Origin: Neophaeotheca triangularis
Lineage: Eukaryota
Assembly (NCBI GenBank): GCA_054600435.1
Contig: BAAIJX010000026.1
Span: forward strand, 248,001 to 312,000
Length of the DNA stretch: 64,000 nucleotides
Reading direction: 5' to 3'
The translations under genes were made by a program, and so were the position numbers. This document shows, one piece after another, positions 58,901-64,000 of this stretch (positions are counted from its first letter, which is position 1; each line of letters opens with the position of its first letter). The notes below the pieces were generated by a model. It saw nothing but the letters and a program-made list of their open reading frames with translations. It was not told the DNA's origin and ran no database searches.

Positions 58901-61900
58901 ACAGATTGGCTCCCTAGCTGCCCTTCTCAGGGATGTGCTGCCAACCCATCCGGCATTGCCGAAGACTTTCTTTCATCATGACATTGGCTTTTTGACCAGT
59001 GTGTGGAGAAGGACATTGTTTCTACTCGACCGTACGATATCAAGACTTTTTATGTAGCCCTTGCCTCTGTGTTCTTATTGAATTGATGAGGTAGATCCAT
59101 GCAGCACAAATTTCGGCAGACCTTCGTTCTGTTATTGATTTTTGGTAGCGGACGGTGCGTCGCTTATTATCCACGTGCGCTCAAATTAGGGGGAAGGCCT
59201 TCGATGCTCTACATCTATACCATACGCAATCTGTCTGTCCGACTCCTTGAGAACGCAGCCCCCAACACCTCATTAACGCTAACTTCTACGTTCGCCATTC
59301 TGCCTTCGCAATTTTGTGGAACCTATTTCTCTCCTTCGACAACCGTGTCTTACATTCTCAATACAAGCCTCCAACCTATCCACAGCCGACTGTCACGTCT
59401 ACGTAATCATGTCATGCTCCACCCACTGTAGCGCTCCGTGCGTGCTTCATCAGACATTGCACTTCTGATAGAGTCTTCATCGATATGATCTGCTTTTACG
59501 TGCTTCTGCGTGGCCTTGCTACTCTGGAGACGGCCTTTTGCTATGCTTGTAGTTGAGTAAAAGGTCCAGGATTGTCTCGGGCAAGGCGAGTAGTCAATGC
59601 AAGGGTGTTCGGACTACGGCAAAGAATCCTTGCCAAATTAAAGAAGGACTGAGACTATGTCGTTGATCAAGAGGGTCACCAGTAAAGTATGGCCGTAATC
59701 GATGTGATCCCGGGGGGCGGTGTTAATTTTTGCAAAATTAACCATATCAGGTGTGGGTCTCCTTTTGTCGAACAATGGCCTCCAAGACGACGGATGTTCC
59801 GGTCTTTGATAAGATTCAAACGTTCGTCTGTGATCGTGAATTGAGAGTGTAACAGTAGTGCTTTCTTCATCGTCGCTGGCAGACCGTGCTGCTTTGAAAG
59901 CCTTAACACCAAGGCAAAGCTCTCCTGAGCACGGTCGTTATTCTAATGTGACTATTCCCACAGCCGCCGTTCCGTCGAAGCAGACTATGATCACGCGCAC
60001 TTACAGTATCAACAACGACCACAAGGCCATCGTCCGAAGCAGCGACAACAAGAAAACCACAACATGTCGTAAAGAAGGATAACAGCGACAGCAACAGCCT
60101 GTGAGTTCGCCTACAACCACCTAGCTTAGACCCTACAACCAAATTGACCGCAGGGAGACACGGGAGTTCATTTCAGAGCAGGAGGATCAGGGGCCGTATG
60201 GCAAACTTGTTGTTGAGCCCAAGCTCTTCGATCAGCAAATACGCCTTTAAAGTCCAGCCTTGAGCCTGGCCAGTGTCCGTACGGTGAGCACTATTCCGAA
60301 CGACATGGGTGCCGTCTGGCCCACGCGGAGATTGTCTTGCGAAAGCTAGCTCGGCGGCGGCGTCTTGACAAGTTTGGCCACACGCCTTCAGGGGTGTGCT
60401 CCATAGACCGAAGCCAGGTCATGGCATGTTGTCTGAAACAAGGCCCTTTGAGAAATACTGGGTGAGCGCCCGGGGTTTCTGCTTCTCTATAAAAGCGTGT
60501 ACCTTCGGTCTTCGTGGCTCGCTTGTGCTCCCCCCGCCCCCGTACGGTCAGAACGCTCTGTAGTGTTCTGACGGTACAAAGAGCGGCGTGTACTATACCA
60601 CTGTCGCCTGTCGATCAAATATCATGCCACTAACTCCGTTTCCAGTTGTCTGAAAATTTTGGATCGCGCCTATCGGCCAGTCTCTGGTGTATCAGCATAC
60701 ATGTACTGTGCGGCACCGCATCGCAATGTCAATGACGAGCTGATCCATGATGGCTTCGACGCCCAGGGCAACAATACCAGCCAGAGGCTACCAGAACGCC
60801 GATCAATCCTGCGCACACGGTTATTCTTACTTGCCGATCACAATCATTCCAAAACAAAATGGACGCTCGCTGTAAGATGAACAGCGCCAGAGTTGTGCAC
60901 ATTATGCTCGGAAAGTCGGAGGTTGTCCCATGGTGCTGGTACACGACCACGGGCACGCAGCCTTTGCGAACAACTCGCACAAGCCTGGGACGAAGAGTTT
61001 CCTTCCAGGGTTCGAAAATCTGGTTTCATACATTGTGCTCGGGACCGTGTAGAGCATTCCATAAGCTTCCCGGCATGTCGAAGAAAGGCCACGTCAAGGG
61101 GGCTTCCGCAGAGAGGCCAGAGACACCTCCGTCCCAAACAACAACGTCGCGAACCCGATCCACCAAACCCAAGAACTCAACCTCGTCCTCTGGGTAAGTA
61201 GGTAAGGTAAGGCAGGTAAGTAGCAACCCCCCCCCTCGCGGGACCCAGCCCAGACGTCCAAACAACCACAACGCTAGGCCCAAGCCTAAAAAACGCTATT
61301 GCAATTTAGCGAAAACCGCTAGCCCGACTCGGCTAGCCCGCGATAGGAGTCAAGACTTCTGTCCGGGCGAAACTCAGGGAATAGTGTGCTGGGGTGCGGG
61401 TGAAGCTATTGCGTGCTTTGCTCGAAACGTCGCGGGATCGGTCGGCATGGAGCTACCTAGTGAGAGTCTTGAGGGCCAGAGGGTGGGAGTTGATGCGTTA
61501 GGCTCGGAGTTGGTGTTGTCTTTGCGACAGCGAGTTGGGATAGGAGCGGGCGAGCGGGGCGGGAGGTCGGGTCGGTTGGACATGGGACGGGGGTGGGGGG
61601 TTGATGTTTGGAGAGGGTTCCGAAGCTCGAGAGCTTTTGTCTAGAGCCCGGGGATGTTTACTGCTACAATGTCGGTCGCGCAGCGCTGCACAAAGTCAGG
61701 ACTGGCTAAGCTTTGATACATAGCTCTGATCAACCACTGCCAAAAGCCCGTCGAAACAAGAAGAGTGCAAGACTCGATGTCACGGAGAATGATATTTGAC
61801 AAATCTATACCCCGCCCACGCACGGTACCTAGCTGAGAAAGCCTTCTCGAAACTTTCCAAACCCCATAAGCCCGAGCCCCTTTCCAACCGGGTTACCGCA

Positions 61901-62079
61901 AGTATCCAATCCCAAAACCAATGGAGAGAAAACAGCAAGAGCCAAAACAAGAAGCCCTCTTCGTGTAAAGAACCCAGAAAGCGACCGCTCCCTGTGGCAA
62001 AACCGAGAGATCCAAAGCCATTAATGCAATCAAGCCGGCACAAGAATCCAAAGCAAAATCAGCGAACATCCAGTCCCCA

Positions 62080-64000
62080 TTACTGCCGATAAGGATCATA
62101 ATCCCCCCCATGACCACGCTGACCGACCGGGGAATCCTCGCGCTCATCGCCCCTCGCGCTCCCAGTCCAGCCGGCAGACCATCCCGCACCATTCTCAGCA
62201 GCAGTATTCCCACCACCACCAAGACTATTACCATTACCATTACCATTCGCACTCCCCTTTCCCCCAATCCCTCCGATTTTCAATGGCGCAGGCTTAACCT
62301 CGGAAACACTGACTCTCCCTCCATCCCCCCCAGCGGCTTGAACCCTCAAGAACCCCGGCGAGTCCAGCGCCCCACCGCTAGCAACGCTGTTGCGGTCGTC
62401 GTAGAAAGACTGCAGCGTCTCTTCCAGCCCTCTGCGGCGGGGAAGCGGCGTATGGGTCTCCACGTAACCCTCCCCTTCGTCGTCGTCGTCCGCATCGTCG
62501 TCGTCATCATCGGTATTGGAGGGACCAGAGGGATCAGAGAGCACGCCGACGTTTTTGACGAGTTCTACCACCCCGGCGCTCAGATTCGAAGCCGCAGCAT
62601 CGAGCAGCGCGATCGGTGAAAGCCCCGCAGAAGCCGCGTGTTGTTTCGTAGCGGTTATGAGGGAGTTTGCGGTGCCCGTGACGCGGGCGCGGAGTTTGAG
62701 AATCTGCACGTTGCCGCTGGAATTTTGCGGTTGTGAAGTGGAGGAGTTGTCGGTGTGGCTATCCGCCACGGCGGACGCGCTTATGGCTTGCACGGCGATG
62801 ATGACGGGTTTGAGGCTTTCCAGGAGGAGGGATTCGGTTTCGGCTGGGTCGGAGGTTTCGGCGCGGGCGTTGCGCAAGAGGTCCGAGATGGAGGTTTGGA
62901 ACGCGGTAATTTGGACGTCGTGGACGCGGCCGGTGGGGGTAATGAGAGCGTTGCGGGTGGTGCGGTCGAGTTGGCTTTCACTGCTGAGGAGGTTGTGGCC
63001 GTTTTGTTGTAGCCCTAGCGTGGAGGCGCGGAGATTTTTATTCAGGGCTCTGACGCGAGCGCAGCGTTCGCGCCATTGTCCATTTTGGGTTTCGAGGTGC
63101 GTGATGCGGTGGGCGAGCTTCTCTTCGCGCTCCACGGCGGCGTCATTGGATTGTGCTAGGTCGCGCATCTCTCGGAGGTAGAGGGTTGCTTCTTCGCGAA
63201 CTTGGGTGGTTAGTTTGGCTTGCTGTTCGAGTTCTCGCTCTAGCAGTTCGATGCGCTCGCGGTCTTGCTCGTTACCTGTCGCAGGAGCGGGTTGTTTGCG
63301 CAAATCGGCGTTCTCGCGTTGCAAATTTGTCAGTTGGGCGTGTAAGGTGTCCGTCTGAGCGTGTAAATTATCGAGCTCCGCTGCCTGGTCTTCGTTCTGC
63401 AATTGTAGCTTGTCGAGTTCGGCGAGTTGGCGTTGTAGGTCTTCGTTCTGGGTCTGCGCCGTGCTTTGCAAGCGGTTGGCGTCTTGGAGCTTTTGCTCTA
63501 GCTCTTTGCGAAGCTCATGCCATTCGTTGCGTTCGTTACCGACGCCGACTTCACGGTCGCGGCTGGTCGTTCGGGCCTTTTCAAGCTCCGAGTCTTTCTC
63601 CAGCACACGGCTTTCGAGCTGTTCAAGCATTTCCCGGAGTTCCATTGTGGTAGTCTTGAGAGATGTGATTTCCGTCTCTTGCGCCTTGATGGTTTCGCGA
63701 TCCTTTTCGTTTCCTTGACCGGCCGAATTGAGCACAGAAGATATGCCACCCATGCTATACTGGCTGACACCACTCAAGACTTTTCCATCACTATTATTGT
63801 CCAACGCGAATGCGTCACTGCCTCTCTGCGCCGCCTGATCAGCTTCATCCCCAGACTCATCCTCCTCAACCATGGTCGACTTGTTAGGCACGATAGTATT
63901 TTGCGCAAAAGTTTTGGGCAAAGGACGGCCGAAAGACCCGCCTTCGCTGCCATTGGTAGGCGCTCGAGGTCTGCCAGCGGGTGGTGGACCCCCAGGACCA
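62080..64000 (-). CDS. SPA2: Polarisome scaffold Spa2/SpaA, 3' portion (5' end outside the window)
   Basis: Frame is open to the window edge; 'RPLPKTFAQNTIVPNKSTMVE', long coiled coil 'VREEATLYLREMR...WRERCAR', GIT-like C-terminal 'TANSLITATKQHAASAGLSPIALLDAAASNLSAGVVELVK'. Confidence 0.88.
   Translation of the reverse strand, partial: GPGGPPPAGRPRAPTNGSEGGSFGRPLPKTFAQNTIVPNKSTMVEEDESGDEADQAAQRGSDAFALDNNSDGKVLSGVSQYSMGGISSVLNSAGQGNEKDRETIKAQETEITSLKTTTMELREMLEQLESRVLEKDSELEKARTTSRDREVGVGNERNEWHELRKELEQKLQDANRLQSTAQTQNEDLQRQLAELDKLQLQNEDQAAELDNLHAQTDTLHAQLTNLQRENADLRKQPAPATGNEQDRERIELLERELEQQAKLTTQVREEATLYLREMRDLAQSNDAAVEREEKLAHRITHLETQNGQWRERCARVRALNKNLRASTLGLQQNGHNLLSSESQLDRTTRNALITPTGRVHDVQITAFQTSISDLLRNARAETSDPAETESLLLESLKPVIIAVQAISASAVADSHTDNSSTSQPQNSSGNVQILKLRARVTGTANSLITATKQHAASAGLSPIALLDAAASNLSAGVVELVKNVGVLSDPSGPSNTDDDDDDADDDDEGEGYVETHTPLPRRRGLEETLQSFYDDRNSVASGGALDSPGFLRVQAAGGDGGRVSVSEVKPAPLKIGGIGGKGSANGNGNGNSLGGGGNTAAENGAGWSAGWTGSARGDEREDSPVGQRGHGGDYDPYRQ

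Noticed and set aside
61294..61340. Two small adjacent hairpins as a tRNA or Helitron 3' end
   Set aside because: No cloverleaf or T-loop consensus, and no CTRR terminus just downstream.

Overview
Eukaryotic fungal genomic DNA (filamentous ascomycete, probably a Dothideomycete; spliceosomal GT...CTRAC...YAG introns of 50-130 nt). 1-38.7 kb is a compact block of conserved genes: molybdopterin synthase small subunit, GH115 alpha-glucuronidase, DUF2462, mitochondrial RNase II (cyt-4/DSS1), heme-thiolate peroxygenase, COX4, CGI121, a Zn2Cys6 factor, an atypical 6-phosphogluconate dehydrogenase paralog, FYVE-RING ligase (PIB1-like), TED1, PEX2 and an ABCC transporter. Two gene-poor blocks follow (38.8-48.4 kb and 50.1-62.0 kb), separated by proline dehydrogenase, and the window ends in the 3' part of SPA2. 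These blocks hold several tandem repeats, scrambled fragments of unrelated genes (SF3B1 in frame with a mitochondrial carrier piece; an expansin-like gene in reversed domain order) and a 54-bp inverted repeat. They also hold a six-unit ~175-bp array whose stem-loop stays pairing-compatible in every copy and lies just after a splice-competent intron. A 406-nt CGI121 intron contains a candidate H/ACA snoRNA. All family assignments are from motif recognition by eye; no database search was run.
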